A DNA stretch of 64,000 bases, taken from NCBI GenBank assembly GCA_030770535.1, contig JASVEC010000017.1, forward strand, positions 620,001 to 684,000, in the 5' to 3' direction. Numbering within the stretch: the first letter of the stretch is position 1; each line of letters begins with the position of its first letter. A program made the position numbers and the translations under genes. This DNA comes from Batkoa obscura (lineage: Eukaryota). This document shows, piece by piece, positions 11,877 through 22,629 of the stretch. The notes under the pieces were generated by a model, which saw only the letters and a program-made list of their open reading frames with translations, was not told the origin of the DNA and made no database searches.

Positions 11877-12830
11877 TTTTTAAAACCAGCCGAGTTATAA
11901 CATAATAAAAAGATACATCTATTGTTCCCCACTTTTATTTGTACTCTATGTTTTACGTTTATCTCATCTCCCCATTATGCTATTGTCAAGGTAATAAGAT
12001 TAATAAGATTAAAAAAGAAAACGAAATTGAAGTTTAATTATTTATAACATTGAAATTAATAATTAGCATTTATACTTTAAACTAAATTTGTTAACTTGAT
12101 GCACTTACAAATTGGTAACTTTCAACTTTATGATTTATCGCCGATTAAAGTAATATAAGGTCACATTGAAGTACATATGGATTTATATTTCAATTGTGCT
12201 CACTTTTGAATTAGATCATTTTAGTACCAAGGCTACTAATCACTTTATTTGTGTATTTATGTACTTGTGTAACTAAAAACTTTTTCAACTGCTATTAATA
12301 GTAACTCACCCTCCTATATTTATTTAATCCGGTTTTAATATGTGTAAATTAATGGTTTAGGACTTTACTTTTTAGTATTGCACTTTATTTAATATATACA
12401 TATATATGCGTTGTAATATTTTTGTGAATTAAAGATATTTATTGCAAATATATCATCTTTTATATATTGCTAATGATAGAGTGTGTATTATAAAGCCATT
12501 TTTATAACCTCTTTGTTTTTTTATACTAACTTGGTATTAAAAAAAATTAGTCCCCATAGTATAATGAGCTTCAAGTGTTAAACTATTTTAAAGTTCTACT
12601 GAATAAATATTGGCAAATATATTAAGACTATTATAGAAGCCAACTAGATTTAAAAATAACACTTTTGAATTTAATTGGGTTCCATAATAAAGTCAGATAT
12701 ATGATGAAAAGCGTTTTGTACTACCTTTAAATTTTGCGAATATTTCTAAAATAAATTATTTTGAGCTATTAAACTAAATATACTATAACCAAACTATTGT
12801 AAAGCATTAAATGTTAAAAAATTGTTATAT

Positions 12831-12923
12831 GAGAATGTTTTATTTGGTTTCATTACTTTTCCATTTTCAAGTGCTATTTGAGCGAGGAGATAGTAAAATT
12901 CTTAAACAAAAAAATACATCTCC
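12831..12923. mobile_element. MITE family A copy
   Basis: Family A internal sequence; ATAT/ATAT flanks. Confidence 0.8.
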
Positions 12924-12995
12924 ATATAATAAAAAGAAATTTGAATTAATAAAAATAATATATAATAAGCTATAAACTATATAAAATAAACAAAT

Positions 12996-13091
12996 GGGGA
13001 TGTATTTTTTTGTTTGAATTTTACTAGCAGTTTTTCCACTTAAATAGCGCTTAAAAAATGGAAAAGTAATGAAACCAAAAAAAACACCCTC
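12996..13091. mobile_element. MITE family A copy, opposite orientation to 12831
   Basis: GGGGATGTATTTTTT...AAAACACCCTC. Confidence 0.85.
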
Positions 13092-13093
13092 AA

Positions 13094-13180
<87 letters not shown>
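13092..13180. repeat. (AAAT)n microsatellite
   Basis: About 22 perfect units starting immediately at the MITE end. Confidence 0.95.
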
Positions 13181-13284
13181 AAAGATATTATTATAAAATT
13201 TATATAAAATATTATAGAATTTGATAGCTTTATTAAAAAATATAATATTAAAAAATAATTTAAAAATGTAAAGATCTTTAATAA

Positions 13285-13870
13285 TGTGAAATATTGCTTT
13301 ATCAGCTTTATAATTAACTATAATATAATAATTGCTTAATTTATGTATAAAATTAATTACAGTCTTATAATTCAACTATAATTCATGTAGTATAATTAAT
13401 TCAAAGTTTTTTTATTTTTATTTACTGTGAGAATATCTACTACCTAATTGCAAAAAACATTATCTTTTTATTTTAACGTTTATATTATGTGATTATATAT
13501 GGGGATGTATTTTTTTGTTTAAGAATTTTACTAACAATCTTTCCGCTCAAATAGTACTTAAAGAATGGAAAAAATAATGAAACCAAAAAAAACATCCTCA
13601 TATAAAAAACATAATAATAGTTATTTTTTATCACAACTACCCAGCTAAAGTATAACTTTCTTTTAATATAATAACTTGAAGTTTTTTATTTAATTATTTT
13701 TTTAATAATATTTTTTATTTTATTTGTTTTATATAGTCTATAGTTTATTATATGCTATTTTTCATAATTTAAGTCTATTTTAGTTATATAAACTAAGATT
13801 TTTTAATTAAGAGCTAGCTAATTAAACAAAAACTGCTTTTAATTCTAACCACTGAGTACTAACTTTCATA
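13285..13870. mobile_element. Degraded copy of the TG...CA (solo-LTR-like) element, interrupted by a family A MITE
   Basis: Starts TGTGAAATATTG, ends CCACTGAGTACTAACTTTCATA; colinear by eye with 14047-14505 but much more AT-rich. Confidence 0.7.
13501..13599. mobile_element. MITE family A copy
   Basis: ATAT-GGGGATG...CATCCTC-ATAT. Confidence 0.88.
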
Positions 13871-14046
13871 AATAATAAAATCGCTTAAAGTTAATTAAAT
13901 TTATTATATAAATTACAATTAAATTATGAAATTGCAATTAGTTTTATAAGCAGTTTAAGTAGTTATTATAATTAACTGTAAAGCTGGTAAAGCAACTTTT
14001 TTAGAACTTTTTTTAAGTTTAAGCTAATTAGTCTAATACTACTAAG

Positions 14047-14505
14047 TGTGAAATATTGGTTTATTAGCCCTCGGACTAATTATAACATAATAATCATTTG
14101 ACTTGTTTACAAAGCTAGTGGTAGTCTTGTAATCAATTTAACCGTAAATCATGTGGTATAATCAATCCAGAGTCCCTTGTTTTGATCTGCTGTGAGAATT
14201 TCTAACTTCACATTGCAAAGAATATAAAAGAGATTCTTCAACATGATAACTCGAAGCTTTTTAATTGAATTACTCCCTGATATCGTATTATTAATAAAGC
14301 CACTAAGTCTTTCTGATAATATTTTACGTAGACTTTACAGTAGTATTGTCTATTCTATTTGTTTTACATAGTTCGTAACTTATTACGTATTGTTCTTATT
14401 CATTTAAGTCTATCTTAGTTATATAAGCTAAGATTGTTCGACTCAAGGCAACTTAATCAACCAAGGACTGCTTTTAACTCCTACCACTGAGTATCAACTT
14501 TCACA
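14047..14505. mobile_element. Solo-LTR-like element (TGTGAAA...TTTCACA)
   Basis: Reverse-complement match to 62425-62851 over most of its length; TG..CA termini with a short inverted repeat. Further end fragments at about 13900-14000, 14506-14578 and 14620-14738. Confidence 0.78.
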
Positions 14506-14877
14506 TAGTTTTGTAAACAAGTTAAATGATTATTATCTTATAACTAATCCGAGAGCTGATAAACCAATATTTCATAGTAGTAAATATTTTTATAGTAGAT
14601 TAAAATAAAAAAACTATAAATCAATTATATTATATAAATTATAATCAATTTATTTATAAACTATAACTAGTTTTATAAACAAATTAAGTAGTTATTATGT
14701 TATAACCAATTATAAAGCTGATAAAATAGTATTTCACATTAATAAAGAATAAAACTAAATAAGTAAATACTATAATAATGCTTTTATTTTATTATTTTAT
14801 TTATTTTTATATTTAAATATGTATTATAACTGAAATCAAAATTAAAATCAAATTATACACTACTTTTAAAAAAACAT

Positions 14878-14971
14878 GGGGGTGTATTTTTTTGTTTAAG
14901 AATTTTACTAACTTTTCTGCTCAAATAGCGCTTAAAAATGGAAAAGTAATGAAACTAAAAAAAATATCCTC
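14878..14971. mobile_element. MITE family A copy
   Basis: ACAT-GGGGGTGTATTTT...TATCCTC-ACGT. Confidence 0.85.
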
Positions 14972-14974
14972 ACG

Positions 14975-15236
14975 TTTTTATTAAAATATTTTGCATATTT
15001 GATAAATAAAATTTTATTAAGTTTTTAAAAATTACATCAACTTTGCAAAAAAATTATCCTTTGTTTAAGGAAAATCCTGCTTAGTTTATATCAAATAAGA
15101 AAATCCTGCTTAAATTTATTCTAAAATAGCGCAAAATTTTTCTCAAGCAGATGACTAATTTTTTTAAAAAGCTGATGTAATTTTTTTAAACTTGAAATTT
15201 TATTTGTCAAGTGCCCAAAATATTTTAATGAAAATA
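14975..15236. mobile_element. Foldback / long inverted-repeat element
   Basis: Left arm TTTTATTAAAATATTTTGCATATTTGATAAATAAAATTT...AAATTACATCAACTTT pairs with right arm AAAGCTGATGTAATTT...AAATTTTATTTGTCAAGTGCCCAAAATATTTTAATGAAAA; arms about 100 bp; GAAAATCCTGCTTA occurs twice internally. Confidence 0.7.
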
Positions 15237-15876
15237 TGTCCTTTCTTTTTGAAAATAATGTAAAAGCTAAAATTTGAGTCAAGTTTTAACTGGACCAAAC
15301 GTAAGGTTTTTCTAAAGTGGATTTAGCTAGAAATTACATTGGTAATTCTATCAATTTTATTGATAAATTTATAGGTTTAAATTCTATCTTTAATTTAATC
15401 ATTACTGCTAGTTTAGAAAATTAATATAGGATAAGCTTTAAAATTAAAATTTAATATTATTTGTTATTCTCTTAAATTTAACTAATAATTTGTGACTATT
15501 CTTTTAGGTCATTTCTTATAAACGTAAGGATTTAATCATTATTTTTTATAAGTCATATATATTATAATATAAAAATTATACCTACAAATTTAAAATATAA
15601 TAACATGTTTAATAATATAAACCTGGATTTAATTATTATTTCGCTATAATTGAATCTATTTATGATATAAATAACAAAAATAATGCTTTAAAAATATGAG
15701 GGCATAATTGTTTTATCAGCGTAAATAAATATCACTATGATGAATCGATTACTTTTAATCACAGTAATCAATAAGTTAAAATGATAAAATAGTAAACCAA
15801 GTAAATGCAAATGTATATAAACATAAGGATTAAAACTAAAATAACTAGATAATTTAAATAATTCAAATTTGATATA

Positions 15877-16329
15877 ATGTTTAGTGAACCTTATTTAATT
15901 CAATCTAGTACCGTATTTGTAACCTTTTTACTATGGTTTTTGAACAGTTTAGTATTATTAAGTATTCATTTGAAAAACGGTGATAGCAGTTTACAATACT
16001 CTCATGGGCCCACCGTAGCTCATACTGAAGAAACAGGTGTCGCTGCCACTCATAAAGATCACGTTGTAAATATTGAAAAAAATGATCATCGATTACTTAA
16101 AGCCTTTTTATTCTTATCTGTTGGCGTTATCCTTAATGTAATGGTTGGTGGAAGCAAGACTTCAGGTGACGTGTTTTCTTTAATTGTTTTATTCTCTTTA
16201 GCAATCAGTTGCATGCTTCACTTTTTAAATTACCGAACAATCGGTAATGGGTTCTGGGTGCTTCTATTATTAGCTTTATTTGGATTATATATTACGCCTT
16301 GGGTTCACAACAGATCTGGACAAGCTTAA
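15877..16329 (+). CDS. Small membrane protein (about 4 TM), unknown function
   Basis: 150-aa ORF with four hydrophobic segments and coding-like composition; TATATAAA upstream. Confidence 0.7.
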   Translation: MFSEPYLIQSSTVFVTFLLWFLNSLVLLSIHLKNGDSSLQYSHGPTVAHTEETGVAATHKDHVVNIEKNDHRLLKAFLFLSVGVILNVMVGGSKTSGDVFSLIVLFSLAISCMLHFLNYRTIGNGFWVLLLLALFGLYITPWVHNRSGQA

Positions 16330-16956
16330 ATATTAAGATATCAATGCCAAATAAATATTAGTTTCAACCACTTATTATTGTTATGCATTAAAATATAAAT
16401 AAATAAATAAACAAACCTATATAATTAAATTGAAAAATGTAGTTTATTATAATTTAAGGAAAAAAGAGTTAGATAACATTAAAAGTAACAAAATATAACT
16501 TGGAGCATACTGTTTCTCCTGTTATTTTATTTAAGAATTATTTAGAGACATTATTTTCACAAAATGGTTGACCAATTAATTTGGTCTATAAATAAAATTT
16601 CTTCCTAATAAATCATTATAAATCACCAAATTACAAAATATTATATACAAAATATTAAAGTTACAGTATACTTTTATTTATAACCTTTATTAAAATAATT
16701 GGTTCTTAATTGACAGTAAGAGATATTCTTAAATTTTTATTTTTAGATGCGGTCAAAAGGATGAATTACATCAGCAAAATGCATTTGATTGGCTATAATA
16801 AATAACTACCAATCATGTCAAACATTAGAAGTTTGACTTGAAATTTATTGGAACATTGAGGATATTCGTATTTAAGTTATAAGCTAAGTAAAAGAAGACA
16901 AAAGTATCAATTCCTTTTAATCCTTTTAATCTTTACTATAAAATTAAAAGTACACT

Positions 16957-18018
16957 ATGTTTGAAGAAGAAACAGGACATACAGGTGTTCGAGAATTAGT
17001 GAAAAGGGCATGCGATTTTTGTCGAAGAAGGAAAATCAAATGTGATGGGAATATGGCATGTATGAATTGTATAAAACATAACAAAGGGGATTGTAGTTAC
17101 GAAAAACCGATCCTTAAAAGAGGACCTAAAGGAGCAAGAAATAGGGCATGTACTCTTTCTGATCAACATCGTCCACAAATTGTTAGCACAATCAATACAA
17201 ATACTGCTGGATTACTATTTAATACTTCAAGCGAACAATCAAGATCAAGCTCACCATCGATAATGAAAGAGTTGGGATCTTTATTCTCATATAATGAAAT
17301 GCCTTCACCATTTTTGAAAGAACATGACCTAAATCCAGTCAGTTTAACTAAAAGACATAATGAGATAGCTACACCACGTTTTCATCCAAATGACTTTGAA
17401 GAGGAAGATGAGTTTGCTAATGAAAATCTATCGCATATGATCGAAAAAATGAATAACATCAATAGTAATAGTAGCAATAGCGGTAGCAACAAAACAATGA
17501 CTAGCGCCTCAAGCAATACAAATGACGATGCCTTATATAATTTGAGTGAACCTGTGTCAGCTCCTAAAAAAACGACGGGGAGTTACCATATGCTAGTACC
17601 ACCTAAAGAAGAATTACAAAAATTAAACAATTGGCCATTAACGGAATATGGTATTGATTTTGTTAAGTTAGTGTTATATTTAGGGGACTTGCCACATGAC
17701 AAATTGAATACGGCTCAGATACAAAGCATCGTAAATTATTTTCATAATTTTCATTGCAAAGTGCCTATTTTGGATATCAATAATTTATTTTACTTCTTAA
17801 GATGTGAACATAATGATTATGTTAAACATCTACTGAATGACTTTTTGGTGCTACTAAAGTTAACGAATATCAACTTTATAAAGACGGATCAGACCTTATT
17901 TGAATGCTGGTTAAATTCATTAAACTCTTTTTATCCTGATGATCCCATGAACCCTTTTGCTTTACTCTTATTCGTTTTAGATGCTACTATAGCAAGACTA
18001 GCTGTTCTATTAATTTAA
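16957..18018 (+). CDS. Zn(II)2Cys6 transcription factor
   Basis: RACDFCRRRKIKCDGNMACMNCIKHNKGDCSY...KRGPK; short C-terminal YFHNFHCKVPILD region. Confidence 0.9.
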   Translation: MFEEETGHTGVRELVKRACDFCRRRKIKCDGNMACMNCIKHNKGDCSYEKPILKRGPKGARNRACTLSDQHRPQIVSTINTNTAGLLFNTSSEQSRSSSPSIMKELGSLFSYNEMPSPFLKEHDLNPVSLTKRHNEIATPRFHPNDFEEEDEFANENLSHMIEKMNNINSNSSNSGSNKTMTSASSNTNDDALYNLSEPVSAPKKTTGSYHMLVPPKEELQKLNNWPLTEYGIDFVKLVLYLGDLPHDKLNTAQIQSIVNYFHNFHCKVPILDINNLFYFLRCEHNDYVKHLLNDFLVLLKLTNINFIKTDQTLFECWLNSLNSFYPDDPMNPFALLLFVLDATIARLAVLLI

Positions 18019-18920
18019 AAAATACACTCTTTTTATTATTGTAACTTCTTTTTAAAGTTTTTTAATATATTATATTATAATATTTATTTTTAAATTTAGA
18101 TTAAATTGCTTCAATTTCATTGGACAATATTCTATTTTCACCACCATTTATTGTAATTTTATTATAAAAAGTATGTATGTTAATTTAAACTTTATTATAA
18201 AATAATTAAAACAAGAGGGTTAGTTCAAAAGCTACTCCTAAAACAGCATTTTGAAACACTATAATTTAGTTTTCTAATATCTCAGATTTGGCTAAGTAAT
18301 AATATTATTTCCAACATGCATCATCTTTAAATAATATTAAAATACTTTCATTTATTCAACTATCTATCCCTGTTTTAATAGGTTACTTAAATAACGTTTG
18401 ATTATTATAACCATAATAAAACGACAGAATATACAGCTAAAATGAAGTGCTATTCTAACATTTATCTGTTTAAAAATGTATTACGGAATCCTCTGCATTA
18501 TCGATCATTGATATTAAAAAACAATCTTTTTGATAGGACCGAAATAAATTTAAACACTTTAAGAAAAAACAACTTAACGAAAACAGATCCAAAGTTAATT
18601 TAGCCAGACTCCTACGATTGGTTAAAATTTATCGAATGCTTCGAGTCTGCTAATTCATTGGATAAAAGATAAGATCCCATTATTTGAGTATTAAAGTTTT
18701 GAATAATGATGAAAAGAGTGATGGATAAAGATTAAAGAATTGAAATGAGATAAAAAGTTTTTTATTTAGTTAGAAAAAGAGAAAGGTAAGCCTTAATTTT
18801 TAATATAATCTAAAAGTATAGTGAAAAGTAAATAGAACGAAATAACAGTATATAGTAGTATCGTATAAATCAAATAGAAAGACTTTATTAACAATATTTT
18901 TAAATTAGATTTAATCAAAC

Positions 18921-19217
18921 ATGAGTGACAACGAAGTAACCATTCAACTTGAAACCGCACCTTTTGATGCCCGTTTCCCAAACACCAACCAAACCAAACA
19001 CTGCTGGCAAAACTATGTAGATTATTATAAATGTATCAATGCTAAGGGTGAAGATTTCCCAGCTTGCAAACAATTTTATAAAAATTATCGTTCTTTATGT
19101 CCTTCCTCTTGGGTAAGTTGAATATTTATAGTTATAATCTTTTATTTATCATTGATTTAGACTGAAAAATGGGACGAACAAAGGGAAGCCGGAGTATTCG
19201 CTTCTAAAACTAAATAA
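18921..19217 (+). CDS. COX12: Cytochrome c oxidase subunit 6B, join(18921..19112,19161..19217)
   Basis: [27 protein letters not shown]...C...[20 protein letters not shown]; intron GTAAGT..TAG 19113-19160. Confidence 0.96.
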
Positions 19218-19525
19218 ATTTCAAGGTTAAGGTGAATCTTATTATTATTAATTTGATACAAGTATATAATTTTAGTAAAATTTAAATTATTCTTTTATAT
19301 AAAACAATTGACTTGAAAGATCAAGTATTAATATAACGTTAATGAATCAATGATGAAGAAGTATATAAAGGGATGATGAGATAATATTTTATAGTAGTTT
19401 AATAATAATATAGTTAAGATATAGCGTAATCATTGAACACATAATAAAATGAAATTACAAGGATAATGATTTTAATACGATAACTTATTTATTATTCACA
19501 CAAACACATATATATTGTAATACTT

Positions 19526-20191
19526 TTATCTTCTTCTCTTCTTATTACCATAAAAATAATTAACTGATACAGCTAACAAGATAGGTATAGCAGCTAAAGT
19601 TAGCCCTTTAACCCATGAAAAGGTAGATGAATTTTCTTCTTCTTTATCATGGTTTTCCTTTTCAGTAATGGTAGGTAATAAAGCATCTACCCTTTCGTCC
19701 AGCATATCCATTCTTCGGATCATTTGTAAAACTAAGCTCATCATCTCATCTACCTGTTGACAAGTGAGCCTGGCTAAAGCAGCTGTCTCTGGTAAGCTGG
19801 TATGGAGTGCATGAGACATACTATCTGAGGGTATGCCTTCATCTAAAGATATACTTTGGGTCATATCCAAGTTAATAGTTTCTTTTTCATCTGGACTATT
19901 GATGCTTGGTACTGAACTGAAGATTGAATTTCTTCGATCGCTTAATTGTATGATTGAGCTTGCATAGCTGTCCATTGAACTCAAGCTTATGCTTGTTTTC
20001 ATATTGCTTTTTTTCTCACTCCCCTCCATGGATTCGGAGTTACTATTTAGCTTTTAATATCAGTAAGTATAAGTGTAAATATTAGATTACCTCAAGTTTT
20101 CCTCCTCTCTAGACAAATTATCAGCTTCAAAATTATAATTGGATGTCGAGGCATTGTTTCGATATTTCAATTGCTTTTCATTATCTGACAT
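19526..20191 (-). CDS. Tail-anchored membrane protein of unknown family, complement join(19526..20042,20091..20191)
   Basis: ATG 20191 (MSDNEKQLKYR) splices in frame through intron 20090-20043; Ser-rich N-terminus, short coiled coil, C-terminal TM followed by NKKRRR. Confidence 0.72.
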
Positions 20192-20835
20192 TTTAAAATA
20201 AAAAAATAAAAGTTATTCTTCTACAAATTTCAACAGTCACTTGTTTTAACGCTTTTCTTTCTTTACTTTTTAGCCAATCCCTCTTGCATTTTCTTCTTTT
20301 AACCAATGAATCCGGGTGCTTGGTAGGGCTTTAAGCCAAATATAAGCCAATTAAGATTATTATTTATCTGGGTGGAATTTACTAATAATTTTTTGTTTAT
20401 CTATTTTATCAGGATAAATCTTTTAAACTAGATTGTATTAATATTAAATAAATAACACCATTGTTTGCTGTTTAACTTGCTTCAATCAAATTATCTATTA
20501 TAGGCCAAGGGTTGAATAAAATGTGCGCTTAATTTATTACTCAATTCGTTAACTTTACTATCCTCTTTAAATCCCCTATAGTCAGTCAAATGAACGTGAT
20601 GTTGATTTCACCCAATCAATAGAAATTATAATGATGAACACTTATATGATTGGAAATTCTCAATCTGGTTCGGATTATAGGGATAGAAAAAAAAGGAAAT
20701 AAAACGAGGTAAAATTTGAAATTAGGACTTTACTTTGAACTAACAACTATAATTTAAAAGTTATCAACTTCAATTAATATATTTTTTAATCTATAATATA
20801 CTTAATATTAATATTGTGTTTGCTATATACCTAAT

Positions 20836-21318
20836 ATGAAATTCATTGCCCCCCTTTACCTTATCTGCTTTAGCCTTTTAAATAGCAGTGTTGAGTCAAC
20901 GTGCGTTAAAGTCTCTGTCCAAACCATTGAAATGTGCTTAGATAGACTCCAAATTGCTGTTGATAAGTGCGCCCCTAGTGACCAAGCTTGTTTATGTAAG
21001 GAACAATACTTCACCTTAGAGTGCTACAATACTTGCCTTGAAGACAAAGAATATCAAGGTAAAAGAGCTAATAGAGAAAGCGAAGTTTTAGCTCACTGTA
21101 GAGCTGCTAATATTAATACGAAAGAGTTCTTACCTACCGCTACCACTACTTCGTCTGGAGCTACCGACAAGCCAAAGGAGACAGGTAACAGTGATAAAGA
21201 TACCTCAAAGTCTGGGGCTGATAAGTCTAAAGTTCCTGATAATTCTGGATCAAGTGTTTACCACTATTCCTCAGTTGCCGCCTTGTCTGCACTTACTTAC
21301 TCAGTATTATATCTTTAA
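20836..21318 (+). CDS. GPI-anchored Cys-rich extracellular protein (CFEM-like)
   Basis: Signal peptide, 8 Cys including CAPSDQACLC, S/T-rich stalk, NSG omega-like site and hydrophobic C-terminus. Confidence 0.8.
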   Translation: MKFIAPLYLICFSLLNSSVESTCVKVSVQTIEMCLDRLQIAVDKCAPSDQACLCKEQYFTLECYNTCLEDKEYQGKRANRESEVLAHCRAANINTKEFLPTATTTSSGATDKPKETGNSDKDTSKSGADKSKVPDNSGSSVYHYSSVAALSALTYSVLYL

Positions 21319-21476
21319 TTGAATAAACTTAGTTAATTAATCATTAAAATTCTATTTGTATATTTTATCTATAAGTTATTAAGCCGTATCATTAAAATTC
21401 AACAAACAGCAGGATTAAATCCATTTTCATTTTATTTTATGAGTAATAGCTAAAAGTTACATATTAGACATATAGA

Positions 21477-22410
21477 TTAATATAAATTTAGCAAATAAAC
21501 CAAAGCTAATATACAACCTATTATTAAGAGTAGATTAGTACCATTAGCTAGAAGCAATTGAGAATGAGTTGGCTTTGATTTAGCTTTAACCAAGTTTAAA
21601 TATGTTTCTATCTTTTCATCTTCAGGGTTTAATTTTAAACTAGTTTCAAAAGCTTTTATTGCTTCACTATATTCTTTAAGTTGATATAGTGCTATTCCTA
21701 TTTATTTATAGTTAATTGAGGGTAGAAAATGAAATAATAAAATATTTACCTTGTCGATACCAAGCCTTAGCATAATTAGGGTTAATAATCAAAGCTTGGT
21801 TAGCATGGAATAATACTTTGTTCCACTCTTTTAATTCTAAATAGCAAGCTGCTAAGTTAGAATGTGTTTTTTCATCTTCTGTTAAGTTTATACTTTGTTC
21901 AAACGCTTCAATTCCTTTTTTAAAGTTTTTCTTCGCAACATATCTCTTTCCTTTATCGTTTAATATCTGTTTTAATTTTTGAGTTTCTTCCGACTCTTCT
22001 TTGTCCTCTTTGTTTTGCTTTTCTTTCTCTAGATTCTTTTTCTTTATTGCATCTTCAATAACGCTCCTTTTTTTTAACATCTCACTTGCCACCTCAACTT
22101 TATCTAATTTACAATAAATATTATGTAGCCTTGAATAAGCTGCTGAATGAAACGTACTACATCCTTTCACTATTCCAGCTTCTAACTCATTATCTTCTAA
22201 ACTTATTATTTTTAGAGCATCTTTTTCAGCTTCTTCATATCTTTTTAGTTGAATGTAACATGTACATCTTGACAACAAAGGTAATGCTGATTTTTGCTTC
22301 GTCAATTCAATTAATCGTGTTATTAGTGGTAAGCTGGAGTCATAGTCTTGCTTTTCACTATACTCCATACTCTGTCTCATTAACTGCATGATCTCCTCTT
22401 TTGCTCCCAT
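21477..22410 (-). CDS. TPR-repeat protein with C-terminal TM, complement join(21477..21697,21750..22410)
   Basis: Two TPR clusters (SRCTCYIQLKRYEEAEKDA; HSNLAACYLELKEWNKV...NPNYAKAWYRQG). Intron 21749-21698 continues into IALYQLKEYSEAIKAFETSLKLNP...LLLIIGCILALVYLLNLY*. Confidence 0.82.
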
Positions 22411-22629
22411 TGTTTATTGATCCAAAATAAGTTGGTGAGGTGTTTATTTGTAGTAAGGTGTCTGATATAAAATTTTGAAGCCAATCATTATCTACTAATG
22501 TTTTTTAAGCCAACCATTTGAGTGTTCTCTGAGAGGTTATGATGTAACGTTGATTCGTTTATTTACTATAAAAATACCTAATAAACACGTATTTAAAAAT
22601 TATATTTTAAACTATTTTTCTAAAATAAA

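Noticed and set aside
13040..13375. 111-aa ORF with (YLFI)n
   Set aside because: Translation of the (AAAT)n microsatellite and repeat remnants.
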